64,000 bases of DNA, from positions 172,077 to 236,076 of the forward strand of contig JAZKEF010000011.1 in NCBI GenBank assembly GCA_040387195.1, given 5' to 3'. The translations under genes and the position numbers were made by a program. Positions within the stretch are counted from its first letter, which is position 1. Each line of letters starts with the position of its first letter. A model generated the notes under the pieces. That model worked only from the letters and a program-made list of their open reading frames with translations, was not told where the DNA came from and made no database searches. The DNA is from Bacteroidota bacterium. Its GTDB lineage: Bacteria > Bacteroidota > Bacteroidia > UKL13-3. Below are positions 36,230 to 45,711 of this stretch, piece by piece.

Positions 36230-38080
36230 CTATTGTTTAATGATTTTTTGAGTGGATACAACGGTTCCGTTTAACTGAATCGTTGCGAAATAAATACCGG
36301 CTTTGAGTGTCGCCATATCAAGAGAAAGTGTGTTCATTCCCGTTGAGATGTTTGCAGGCAAGTTAACCAATTGTTTTCCTGTAATATCATACAAACCCAC
36401 CAATGCTGTTCCCGATACCTTGCTGTTGAGCATAACCGATGCTTCTGATTGAACAGGATTCGGGAATAATTGAGGTATGGAATTCAATAAACTGTTTTCG
36501 GCAACTCCGGTTGAAGTAGTAGTATCTTCAGTCGCGCTCGAAATACGGTAGTAACGCATCAATTGTCCACGGATTTCACCATTTGCAAAAGAGGTGGTAT
36601 GGATGTTTACATACGTACTGTCATTTCTGCGCATGGCAATTGAAATGCCATTATTGAAAGGAGAGTACTTGTAACTGCCATTGTTGGTAAACGGATCTAA
36701 ATCCAACGCAACACCGCCCGATTCACCTTTTTTACCGTAGTGAATATGTCCGGCAGTTACTGTTCCCTGCAAACCATCAAAGGCAAGCATGGTGTGTAAA
36801 TTGGTGCGGTCTCTGTCAAATGTTGCAATTGCTGTTCCTTGTGCACCACTGTTGGTTGTGGCTTGTGCGCCATTCAGTTCGGCAATAAAACCTTCACGTG
36901 CCAAACGGAATACTTGTCCGCGGATTTCTCCTCCCGGATTGCTATCGGTATGCACTACAAAGTATAAACTGCCTTTTAATAATTCACTGATCAATACAGG
37001 TGTCAACGGACTCACGGCATCGTTTTTTGTCCACATGCCCGTAAGCATATTATTGTTGGGAGTCAATTCCTTTACCACACCACCGCTTTGGTTTGGCTCT
37101 CCATTGTGGAAGTGAGCAGCCGCAGCATTACTTGTTAATCCGGTATACAACACATTGTAACGTAATGTATCCATTGTATTGTTTAACCACAACGTAGATA
37201 CACCATATCCTGTTGAAGGTTTAGCCAATGTTCCACCACCCGCAACAATAGCGGCTGGATTTAACCATGCATCAAAACGTAAGGTTTTGGTTGAGCGCAA
37301 TTGTCCACGAATTTCACCACCGGCAACTGTTGTAGTGTGTAAGTTTAAATAAATACTATCCGACATTAACGCTACCATCAAATCAGGCCAGTTGCTAACG
37401 CTCACACCACCCACCATTGACATACTGTCGGCTTGAATAGTTGGTTCCAGCCCAAGCGCTACACCACCGTTTGCACCCGGTTTACCAAAGTGTAAATGCG
37501 CGGCAGTAAGTTTTCCGGTCATTCCTCTGGCAACTACACGAACGGTTGCTGTATCACCTTTCATTCCAAAATTAATGGCTGCATGTCCGACACCCGGTGA
37601 GCCCGAAGCTGCCTGTGTTCCATCCAGACTGGCTGCATAACCCCAGTCGGTTTCCAGTTTTACAAATCCTAAAATCTCTACCGCAGGATTCATGGTAGTA
37701 TGAACGGCTACATATAAGTTGCCTTCCATAAAATCAGTCATCAATCCTGTTAATTGCGTTCCGGTGATGAACGAACGAACGGTGTTTCCCAATACTTTAC
37801 CGTCAAAATCAATAATCACGTTACCACCGGTACGTTGGTTGTGAATATGGTAACCGGTAAGCGGGCTGCTCATTTTGGCAACGCTGATGGTGAAATACAT
37901 GGTATCGCGTGGTGAGTTCAGCATAAAGGCTGCCACACCATTTCCGGTGGTTGTTAATCCTGCCGGTGGTTGTAATCGGGCAGAGAAAGTAAGTCTGTCG
38001 GCCAAATGGTCGGCTTTGGTGAGTGTAGCTCCTGCAAGTAAGGCAGCTCCCAATACTAAAGATCGTAATGTTGTTTTCAT
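36230..38080 (-). CDS. Secreted protein with four CHRD domains and a type A T9SS C-terminal sorting domain.
   Basis: Four repeats of the CHRD signature (GYHIHNQRTGGNVIIDF, AAHLHFGKPGANGGVALGLEP, AAAHFHNGEPNQSGGVVKEL, AGHIHYGKKGESGGVALDLDP), each followed by ...GxLYxNxHTxxxxxGEIRGQ. CTD ...LFPNPVQSEASVML...GIYFATIQLNGTVVSTQKIIKQ. Start trimmed to MKTTLRSLVLGAALLAGA. Confidence 0.8.
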   Translation of the reverse strand: MKTTLRSLVLGAALLAGATLTKADHLADRLTFSARLQPPAGLTTTGNGVAAFMLNSPRDTMYFTISVAKMSSPLTGYHIHNQRTGGNVIIDFDGKVLGNTVRSFITGTQLTGLMTDFMEGNLYVAVHTTMNPAVEILGFVKLETDWGYAASLDGTQAASGSPGVGHAAINFGMKGDTATVRVVARGMTGKLTAAHLHFGKPGANGGVALGLEPTIQADSMSMVGGVSVSNWPDLMVALMSDSIYLNLHTTTVAGGEIRGQLRSTKTLRFDAWLNPAAIVAGGGTLAKPSTGYGVSTLWLNNTMDTLRYNVLYTGLTSNAAAAHFHNGEPNQSGGVVKELTPNNNMLTGMWTKNDAVSPLTPVLISELLKGSLYFVVHTDSNPGGEIRGQVFRLAREGFIAELNGAQATTNSGAQGTAIATFDRDRTNLHTMLAFDGLQGTVTAGHIHYGKKGESGGVALDLDPFTNNGSYKYSPFNNGISIAMRRNDSTYVNIHTTSFANGEIRGQLMRYYRISSATEDTTTSTGVAENSLLNSIPQLFPNPVQSEASVMLNSKVSGTALVGLYDITGKQLVNLPANISTGMNTLSLDMATLKAGIYFATIQLNGTVVSTQKIIKQ

Positions 38081-38297
38081 GAGTGTTGATATTAATTCGA
38101 AGTCATATACGGAAGAAGGGAGGGTGATGGATTTAGTGGATGCAAAAAAAATCAATACAGGATTCCTGAAACCGGAATGCAGATTCATATTTTTTTATCT
38201 GCACTTGAAAAAATCCTAATACCTTTGAATCCTAATCAAGCATCCACGATTGTGCTTTGAACAGTTGGTATTAAGTATTGTGGATCGAGCATCGAGT

Positions 38298-38837
38298 ATG
38301 AAGTTAGTAGAAGACATTAAAAATTATATAGGCAGGTGGGAGTTGGAACGTGAGCTCAAAACCAAAAAGCTCAAGCGTAAACGTGTACCTTTTCACGAGG
38401 TGAATCATATAGGCATTGTGTACGATGCGGATAACAAGGATGATGAATTGATTGTGACCCAATATGCCAATGAGCTCAGGGTAGAAGGCAAGAAAGTTTT
38501 TTTGATGGGTTATGTGGACCAAAAACAATTGCCTCCCTCCAAGAAGTTTATGCTCAATTCGGAATTTTTCTGGAAAGAGAAATTGAATGGCATCAATCTT
38601 CCCATCAAAGGAAAAATAGGACAGTTCCTGCAACTTGAATTCGATTTGCTGCTCAACCTGTATTTCGAACCCGTATTACCCATGCAAGCATTGTCGGCCT
38701 ATTCGCATGCCAAGTACCGGGTGGCATCCAATATTGGCGGAGGACTTGATTATTATGATGCCATGATTGATATCGGACCACAGAAAGATATATCTTTGCT
38801 CATCAAACAAATGGATTTTTACCTGAGGGCGATTTAA
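38298..38837 (+). CDS. Conserved hypothetical cytoplasmic protein, about 180 aa.
   Basis: No recognisable motif. Start trimmed to M17 (MKLVEDIKNY). Confidence 0.4.
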   Translation: MKLVEDIKNYIGRWELERELKTKKLKRKRVPFHEVNHIGIVYDADNKDDELIVTQYANELRVEGKKVFLMGYVDQKQLPPSKKFMLNSEFFWKEKLNGINLPIKGKIGQFLQLEFDLLLNLYFEPVLPMQALSAYSHAKYRVASNIGGGLDYYDAMIDIGPQKDISLLIKQMDFYLRAI

Positions 38838-38952
38838 AATGCGGATCCTCGATGCTTGATATAAGTTGTTCGAGTATCCGGAATCTAGAATCTAGAGGTT
38901 GAAGAGGATTCAAACAATAACAATTAGTATAAAAGTAAAACAGAACAAAAAA

Positions 38953-39816
38953 ATGAAAGGCACAGGCGTAGCATTGGTAACTCCATTTCATGCAGATTAC
39001 AGCATTGATTTTGAGTCGCTGGAAAAAATTATTGAACACTGCATCAGCGGAGGATTAGAGTATTTGGTGGTATTGGGAACTACGGGTGAGGGACCAACAT
39101 TAAACAAGGAAGAAAAAAAGCAGGTGTTTAAATTTGTTGCCGAAAAAGTGAATGGCCGTGTTCCGTTGGTTGCCGGAATCGGAGGAAATGATACACGCGA
39201 AGTAGCAGAAGCCATGCAATCACTCGAAACAAAAGGGTACAGTGCAATCCTTTCAGTGAGTCCGTATTACAACAAGCCGAATCAGGAAGGTATTTATTTA
39301 CACTATATGGAATTGGCTAAGGTAACTCCCTTGCCAATTATAATTTATAATGTTCCGGGCCGCACAGGTGCCGGTATCAGTGCTGCCACAACATTACGTT
39401 TGGCTCAGGTTTCCGATAAATTTATTGCCGTAAAAGAAGCTTCAGGCAGTCCGGAAGTATTTATGGATATTCTGAAAGATAAACCCGCTCACTTTGCGGT
39501 GATTTCGGGTGATGATAATTTGACGCTTCCGTTTTTAGCAATGGGCATGACAGGTGTAATTTCTGTTATCGCACAAGCTTACCCGCGTATGTTCAGTGAT
39601 ATGGTCCGCCTTGGACTGGACGGTAAATTTGAAGAAGCTAGGGTATTGCATTTTAAATTATACGAAGTCATGAAAATGATTTTTGCAGATGGCAGTCCCG
39701 GAGGGGTAAAAGTGCTATTGAACCAAATGGGTTTATGCCAAAATGTGGTACGCTTGCCATTGGCACCTGTTAACAAGGATGTAGAGGCCAAGTTGCGTGG
39801 TGTTTTGTTGTCATAA
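38953..39816 (+). CDS. dapA: 4-hydroxy-tetrahydrodipicolinate synthase.
   Basis: KGTGVALVTPF, GTTGEGPTL, YNVPGRTG and the catalytic Lys region. 287 aa from the internal Met. Confidence 0.9.
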   Translation: MKGTGVALVTPFHADYSIDFESLEKIIEHCISGGLEYLVVLGTTGEGPTLNKEEKKQVFKFVAEKVNGRVPLVAGIGGNDTREVAEAMQSLETKGYSAILSVSPYYNKPNQEGIYLHYMELAKVTPLPIIIYNVPGRTGAGISAATTLRLAQVSDKFIAVKEASGSPEVFMDILKDKPAHFAVISGDDNLTLPFLAMGMTGVISVIAQAYPRMFSDMVRLGLDGKFEEARVLHFKLYEVMKMIFADGSPGGVKVLLNQMGLCQNVVRLPLAPVNKDVEAKLRGVLLS

Positions 39817-39859
39817 TAGGATACTTGTTTTAAACTAGTATTTACAAGGTCTCATAATC

Positions 39860-39904
39860 AAAAAAATCGGGTGCATTTATACCGCAATCCGATTTTTTTG
39901 TTTT
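39860..39904 (+). terminator. Bidirectional Rho-independent terminator after dapA.
   Basis: caaaaaaatcgg-N17-ccgatttttttg: an A-run/stem/loop/stem/T-run palindrome. Confidence 0.6.
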
Positions 39905-39996
39905 GATAATCAACCAAACGCATAATTTTTAGATAAAGGGTTTCGTAAAGCTTGTTGTAAGGTATTAACTTATCCATCGAAACAAAAACTACAGTC

Positions 39997-41151
39997 TTGG
40001 AATTTCCCGCAAGCATCAAATCAAAACTACCCAAAACAGGCACTACCATTTTTAGTGTGATGACAGCCTTAGCCAATGAGCACAATGCCATCAACATGGC
40101 GCAGGGCTTTCCCGATTTTTCCTGTTCCGAAAAATTGGTGACACTCGTGAACACTTACATGAAAAAGGGATTGAACCAATATGCACCCATGCCGGGCATC
40201 TTGCCTTTGCGGGAGCGTATTGCCGAAAAAACGGAATCCCTGTATTCGGCAGTATACAATCCGGAAACGGAAATCACCATTACACCCGGAGGCACACACG
40301 CCTTATACGCAGCCATTAGCGCTGTAGTGCGCGATGGAGATGAGGTGATTGTGCTCGAACCATGTTACGATTCATATGTTCCGGCCATTGAGCTGAACGG
40401 GGGACGTCCAGTTTTTTTTGAATTGAAATTTCCCGATTACAAAGTGGATTGGAATGAGCTCAAACGGTTGGTGAGTTATAAAACCAAAATGATCATCATC
40501 AATACTCCGCACAATCCTTCGGGTACTATTCTTTCGGCTCAGGATATGCTCAAGCTGCAAAAGATTGTCGATAAAACTGAGATTGTGATTTTGAGTGATG
40601 AAGTATATGAACACATTATTTTTGATGAAATAGAGCACCAGAGTGTAGCCCGTTATCCGAAACTTGCCGAACGCAGTATTATCGTTTCATCATTCGGTAA
40701 AACCTATCATACCACAGGTTGGAAGATGGGTTATGTATTGGCTCCTACTAACTTAATGGCCGAGTTTCGCAAGGTTCACCAGTTCATGGCCTTCAGCACC
40801 AATACACCCATTCAGTATGCCCTTGCCGATTTTATCCAGGATAAGGATGCATATCTGGAGCTGGGGAAATTCTATCAGGAAAAACGTGATTACTTCCAGC
40901 AACTTATCAAAGGCTCCAAGTTTAAGGTCCTGCCTTGTGTAGGGTCCTATTTTCAATCGCTCGGGTATTCCAAAATTACCCAGGAGAATGATGCCGAATA
41001 TGCCAAGCGGTTAACCAAAGAACATAAGATTGCCAGCATTCCCATATCCTCTTTCTACCATAAAAAAATAGATAACCACGTATTGCGTTTCTGTTTCGCC
41101 AAATCGAATGAAACGCTGGAAAAAGCTGCCGAGAAAATTTGCAAAATATGA
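39997..41151 (+). CDS. PLP-dependent aminotransferase class I/II, YbdL/methionine or glutamine transaminase-like.
   Basis: NMAQGFPDF N-terminal motif. The PLP-lysine context SFGKTYHTTGWKMGY has the SxxK motif. TTG start per the track; the next ATG would remove the conserved N-terminus. Confidence 0.75.
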   Translation: MEFPASIKSKLPKTGTTIFSVMTALANEHNAINMAQGFPDFSCSEKLVTLVNTYMKKGLNQYAPMPGILPLRERIAEKTESLYSAVYNPETEITITPGGTHALYAAISAVVRDGDEVIVLEPCYDSYVPAIELNGGRPVFFELKFPDYKVDWNELKRLVSYKTKMIIINTPHNPSGTILSAQDMLKLQKIVDKTEIVILSDEVYEHIIFDEIEHQSVARYPKLAERSIIVSSFGKTYHTTGWKMGYVLAPTNLMAEFRKVHQFMAFSTNTPIQYALADFIQDKDAYLELGKFYQEKRDYFQQLIKGSKFKVLPCVGSYFQSLGYSKITQENDAEYAKRLTKEHKIASIPISSFYHKKIDNHVLRFCFAKSNETLEKAAEKICKI

Positions 41152-41930
41152 GTGACCTTACACTGACCATTATTCAAACACCCCTGCACTGGCAGGATGC
41201 TGCGCGAAACAGGGTAATGTTTTCAGAGTTGTTTTCAAAAGTTCAGCAACCCACCGCTGCAATCCTGTTGCCCGAAATGTTTTCAACCGGATTCAGCATG
41301 AATACCTCGCTGGCCGAAACCATGACAGGTGAAACGGTTACCTGGATGAAAACGGAAGCTGCACGCTTAAACGTTCCCATTGCCGGAAGTATTATGATCA
41401 GTGAAGGTGATGTGGTTGTGAATCGTTTTGTGTGGATGAATCCCGATGGAACGACCCAACAATATGACAAACGCCACCTGTTCAGGATGGCTGATGAACA
41501 CAATCATTTTACAGCCGGGACAGGTAAAATCATCATCAACTACAAAGGCTGGAATATCTGTCCGATGGTGTGTTACGATTTACGTTTTCCGGTGTGGATG
41601 CGCAGAACAACTGAATGTGACTATGATGCTATTGTGATTGTTGCCAACTGGCCGCAACGCAGAGAATCGCATTGGAGAGCATTATTGCAGGCACGGGCCA
41701 TTGAAAACCAAAGTTATGTAATTGCTGTTAACAGATCGGGGGCCGATGGAAATGATATTGAGTACAGTGGATTCAGCGGGTTGATTTCACCAAAGGGGGA
41801 GTGGATTACCGAGCTTGCACACGATTCTTTTGTGCAAAACGTTACCTTACAGAAACAAGAGGTAACCGATTGGCGAACAGCCTTCCCCGCATGGCAGGAT
41901 GCCGATGTATTTACCTTAAGGGAATTTTAA
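41148..41930 (+). CDS. Carbon-nitrogen hydrolase family omega-amidase (YafV-like).
   Basis: Nitrilase-superfamily catalytic E/K/C arrangement (...ICPMVCYDLRFP...). ATGA overlap with the aminotransferase stop. Confidence 0.7.
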   Translation: MSDLTLTIIQTPLHWQDAARNRVMFSELFSKVQQPTAAILLPEMFSTGFSMNTSLAETMTGETVTWMKTEAARLNVPIAGSIMISEGDVVVNRFVWMNPDGTTQQYDKRHLFRMADEHNHFTAGTGKIIINYKGWNICPMVCYDLRFPVWMRRTTECDYDAIVIVANWPQRRESHWRALLQARAIENQSYVIAVNRSGADGNDIEYSGFSGLISPKGEWITELAHDSFVQNVTLQKQEVTDWRTAFPAWQDADVFTLREF

Positions 41931-41970
41931 CAAAAAATTTGCAACTTTACAGACTAGGTTCGCATCCTCT

Positions 41971-42019
41971 TTAATAGTTAATAGTTAATAGTTAATAGTT
42001 AATAGTTAATAGTTAATAG
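41971..42019. repeat. Perfect heptanucleotide tandem repeat (TTAATAG)x7, equivalently (AGTTAAT)n, in the 128-nt intergenic spacer. It ends about 40 nt upstream of the DUF1573 gene ATG.
   Basis: Read directly: 7 identical copies with no interruptions. Confidence 0.95.
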
Positions 42020-42058
42020 CTGGTAAACAATAAGAAGAGATTTAATAAAAATAAGAGA

Positions 42059-43174
42059 ATGAAATACTTTGGTACATTGATATTGGTTGGAATATTGTGG
42101 TTGAATGGAATGGCTCAATCGGGAAAGAAGAATATGGGAGGCTCTATTAAGTTTGTGGAAGAGAAGTTTAATTTTGGAGAAGTAAAAGAGGAAAGGGGAG
42201 ATGTTACCCATGAATTTACATTTACCAATGTGGGTAAAGGACCGCTGCGTATTCTAAATGTACTTACAACTTGCGGTTGCACTACATCCGACTGGACACA
42301 AACAGCAATCAATCCCGGTGAAAAGGGGTATGTGAAAGCTACGTTTGATCCACGAAACAGACCCGGACGTTTTTCAAGAACCCTAACCATCATTACCAAT
42401 GGAAGTCCCGAAAGTGCGGTCTTAACCGTTGAAGGGTATGTAGGTTCGGCAAACAGGGAGATGTTGAATATGTTTCCGCACGAAAGCGGAAATTTACGCT
42501 TCTCGGCCAAAGAATTTAACCTTCAGGCACTCAAGGAAGATAAGATAGATTCACTCTGGTTGGGAGTGTATAATCCTACCAAACAAAACATGATTATCCG
42601 CGCAGCAATTTCTCCTTACCCAATGCGGGTGGAAGTGCGTAATTTATTGCTGGCACCCGAATCGGGCGATAATATCCTGATGACTTACAATGGCGCTATG
42701 ACCAAACAATTAGGCCCAAGAAAAGACACGGTTTGGTTTGTTACCAGTGATGATACTATTCCCAATAAATTTATGCTGGTTAAAGTGAATGTGGTGCAGA
42801 ACTTTGACAAACTCACTGCCGACCAAAAACTGAAAGCACCCGTTATTTCGGTGCTGAAGAATACAGCCAATATCGGTGAATTGTACCTTGGCGAAACAGG
42901 CTCTTATACCTTTGAAATAACTAATAAAGGAAAATCGGATCTGGTTATCCGCAGGCTGATGGGAGCTGATGCTTCCATTTCCGGAAAAGCATCGTCAGCA
43001 GTTGTTAAAAAGGGAGGTAAGGCCAAAATTACAGTTTCGCTCAATAGCAAAAATTTACATGGCCCGGTTGAAAAATCGTTATCTGTTATCACCAACGATC
43101 CGGCCAATAGCATCATGGTATTAAAAGTTGCAGCAAAAGTGGTGATCCCCGGTATTGAACAGATAGGCAACTAA
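42059..43174 (+). CDS. DUF1573 domain-containing secreted protein, tandem DUF1573/Ig-like.
   Basis: Signal peptide. FNFGEVKEERGDVTHEFTFTNVGKGPLRILNVLTTCGCTTSDWTQTAINPGEKGYVKATFDP matches the DUF1573 consensus, including the CGCT motif. A second degenerate copy follows. Confidence 0.8.
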   Translation: MKYFGTLILVGILWLNGMAQSGKKNMGGSIKFVEEKFNFGEVKEERGDVTHEFTFTNVGKGPLRILNVLTTCGCTTSDWTQTAINPGEKGYVKATFDPRNRPGRFSRTLTIITNGSPESAVLTVEGYVGSANREMLNMFPHESGNLRFSAKEFNLQALKEDKIDSLWLGVYNPTKQNMIIRAAISPYPMRVEVRNLLLAPESGDNILMTYNGAMTKQLGPRKDTVWFVTSDDTIPNKFMLVKVNVVQNFDKLTADQKLKAPVISVLKNTANIGELYLGETGSYTFEITNKGKSDLVIRRLMGADASISGKASSAVVKKGGKAKITVSLNSKNLHGPVEKSLSVITNDPANSIMVLKVAAKVVIPGIEQIGN

Positions 43175-43249
43175 CACTTGACTTGTACCCTGACTCTTTT
43201 TATTTTCGCAAAACGAATTCAATTAATTTTTTAAGACAGTAATCTTGTT

Positions 43250-44701
43250 ATGAAAAAACTATGGATAGTTGGCGCCCTTGCTTTTGCAAGCGGCATTTTA
43301 GGAGCATTCACCTTTCATGTATTGATGCCTAAACGTGTGGTCTTGCAACAAGCCGTGTCACAGCAATCTACGGAAACCGGAGAAGTGAATCAGGTAAACT
43401 ACAAGAATGCATTGGCATCCAGCGAGGATTTTATCAAGGCATCGCAGGTGGCAACCCCATGTGTAGTGTTTATCAAAACCGTTAGTCAACAACAGCAAAT
43501 GAGCACTGATCCGTTTTTTGATTTTTGGTCGAACATGGATTTTTTTGGCAGACGCGGACCCGTAACCAGTTCGGGGTCGGGTGTGATCATCAGCAAGGAC
43601 GGTTATATTGTAACCAATCTGCATGTGGTAAAAGATGCCGAGCAAATAGAAGTAATTACCAACAACAACAAACATTCGTACAAAGCCAAACTCATCGGCA
43701 TTGATGCTTCAACCGACTTAGCCCTTATCAAAATTGAAGGAGCCAATATGCAACACATTGTTTTCGGGAATTCGGATGATGTGAAAATTGGAGAGTGGGT
43801 ATTGGCCGTAGGTAATCCATTTAATTTAACATCAACCGTTACCGCAGGAATTGTAAGTGCGAAAGGGCGTAATATCAATATCGTAAACAGCAAGTTTCCA
43901 ATTGAATCTTTCATCCAGACCGATGCTGCCATCAATCCAGGAAACAGTGGTGGTGCATTGGTGAACACCAATGGTGAACTGGTGGGAATCAATACTGCTA
44001 TTGCCTCCAATACAGGTTCATACAATGGTTATGGATTCGCTATTCCGGTGAACATCGTTCAAAAAATTGTAAAGGATTTGGTTGAGTTTAGTGAAGTACA
44101 GCGTGGCTTTACCGGACTGGAAGTAAAAGATATTGATGCACCACTTGCCAATAAACTCAATATCAATGATAACCTGGGAGTATACGTGGTATCAGTATTG
44201 GCTGAAGGACCAAGCGATGCTGCCGGTGTGAAACCCGGTGATCTGGTAATTAAGGTGAACGAGAAACTGATTGACAGCAAAGCCATCTTCGATGAACAGA
44301 TAAGTTATACCCGCCCCGGTGATAAGGTAAAATTGACGCTGTTGCGCTCGGGTAAAGAAACAGAGCTCTACATTAAACTCATCAACCGCGAAGGTAACAC
44401 TGCCATTATGCGCAAAAATACAGTCAGCAGTCCTTCACTGGGAGCCGACTTCCAGCCGGTATCCAAAGTGGAAGCCGAAAGGTATGGAATAAAAGCCGGT
44501 ATCAAGGTAAGCAATATCAGAGGCGGAAAATTCCGCCAGATGAATATCCCTGAGGATTTTATTATTACCTCTTTCAATAAAAAGGAATACAACAATGCCG
44601 AAGAGTTTATTAAAGACTTTGACAAAACCAGAGGACAATTGTTAATCGAAGGGTTATATGCAAATGGCAGTCGTGGGTTCTATTCATTTTATACGTATTA
44701 G
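43250..44701 (+). CDS. Periplasmic serine endoprotease, DegP/HtrA/DegQ family, with PDZ domains.
   Basis: Catalytic triad context TNLHVV (His), TDLALIK (Asp), GNSGGALVN (Ser). PDZ segments follow. Confidence 0.9.
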   Translation: MKKLWIVGALAFASGILGAFTFHVLMPKRVVLQQAVSQQSTETGEVNQVNYKNALASSEDFIKASQVATPCVVFIKTVSQQQQMSTDPFFDFWSNMDFFGRRGPVTSSGSGVIISKDGYIVTNLHVVKDAEQIEVITNNNKHSYKAKLIGIDASTDLALIKIEGANMQHIVFGNSDDVKIGEWVLAVGNPFNLTSTVTAGIVSAKGRNINIVNSKFPIESFIQTDAAINPGNSGGALVNTNGELVGINTAIASNTGSYNGYGFAIPVNIVQKIVKDLVEFSEVQRGFTGLEVKDIDAPLANKLNINDNLGVYVVSVLAEGPSDAAGVKPGDLVIKVNEKLIDSKAIFDEQISYTRPGDKVKLTLLRSGKETELYIKLINREGNTAIMRKNTVSSPSLGADFQPVSKVEAERYGIKAGIKVSNIRGGKFRQMNIPEDFIITSFNKKEYNNAEEFIKDFDKTRGQLLIEGLYANGSRGFYSFYTY

Positions 44702-44859
44702 TGGAGAGCCGCAAAAGGGCAACAAAAATATTCAAGCTTTGATATTTTTTTCTTTCCTGGGGACTTTGGTTATCTGTTTACCCCTTAATGGAATATGACC
44801 AAAATTTGTTTGTATTCCTTTCAATTATCAATTAACCTTGCAACGCAATTAAGCAAAGA

Positions 44860-45039
44860 ATGAATCATTTAGAACAAGCAAAAGATAAACCGTTGGAATG
44901 TCCTGTGCCACATCAGCAGCGCAAAGGGCTTATGGTTTGGTTCAAACGCCTCGGCTGGGCAGGATTTCTGTTCTTCTTAATCAAGGGGCTGTTATGGCTT
45001 ATTGTGCCGTATCTTATTGCTAAGGGTTTTTTTCAATAA
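44860..45039 (+). CDS. Possible 59-aa single-TM protein. Unannotated in the track because it is just under 60 aa.
   Basis: MNHLEQAKDKPLECPVPHQQRKGLMVWFKRLGWAGFLFFLIKGLLWLIVPYLIAKGFFQ. Positive-inside N-terminus, then one TM helix. Confidence 0.3.
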   Translation: MNHLEQAKDKPLECPVPHQQRKGLMVWFKRLGWAGFLFFLIKGLLWLIVPYLIAKGFFQ

Positions 45040-45060
45040 GATTGCATTTCTTTGTGATAC

Positions 45061-45711
45061 ATGACACGCAAAGAACGTTACGAACAATTCATCCAATATT
45101 TTTCTGAACATCAACCCGAAGCGGAAACGGAGTTATTTTATGAAAATCCCTATCAGTTGCTGGTGGCGGTAATTCTCTCAGCCCAGTGCACGGATAAGCG
45201 TGTAAACATGACCACTCCGGCCATTTTTAAAGAATTTCCAACTCCCGAAAAACTGGCCGATGCGGAATTTGAAGACGTATTTGCGTTGATTCGGAGTATC
45301 AGTTACCCAAACAATAAAGCAAAACATTTGATAGGCATGGCCCAAATGCTGGTCAAAGATTTTGGCAGTGAGGTGCCGTCAACCATAGAAGAGTTGGTGA
45401 AAATGCCGGGAGTAGGCAGGAAAACAGCCAATGTAATAGCCTCGGTTATTTTTAACCAGCCGGCAATGGCTGTTGATACACATGTATTCAGGGTTTCGGC
45501 CCGGTTAGGACTTACCTTAAATGCCAAAAACCCCAAGCAGACAGAAGATCAGTTGATGCAGTTTATTCCTGAACAATATGTGGCAAGAGCTCATCACTGG
45601 CTCATTTTGCATGGACGATATGTTTGTTTGGCCCGCAACCCTAAATGCCCCGAATGTAAAATCAGCAGCTTTTGTAAATCGTATAAAAAATTGGTAAAGC
45701 CCTATTTGTGA
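45061..45711 (+). CDS. nth: Endonuclease III.
   Basis: HhH-GPD motif (VKMPGVGRKTANVI), catalytic Lys/Asp, and C-terminal 4Fe-4S cluster ligands C-x6-C-x2-C-x5-C. Confidence 0.9.
   Translation: MTRKERYEQFIQYFSEHQPEAETELFYENPYQLLVAVILSAQCTDKRVNMTTPAIFKEFPTPEKLADAEFEDVFALIRSISYPNNKAKHLIGMAQMLVKDFGSEVPSTIEELVKMPGVGRKTANVIASVIFNQPAMAVDTHVFRVSARLGLTLNAKNPKQTEDQLMQFIPEQYVARAHHWLILHGRYVCLARNPKCPECKISSFCKSYKKLVKPYL

Noticed and set aside
41971-42019. Tandem repeat considered as a CRISPR array.
   Set aside because: The unit is 7 nt with no spacers, and no cas genes are present. It is a microsatellite, not a CRISPR.
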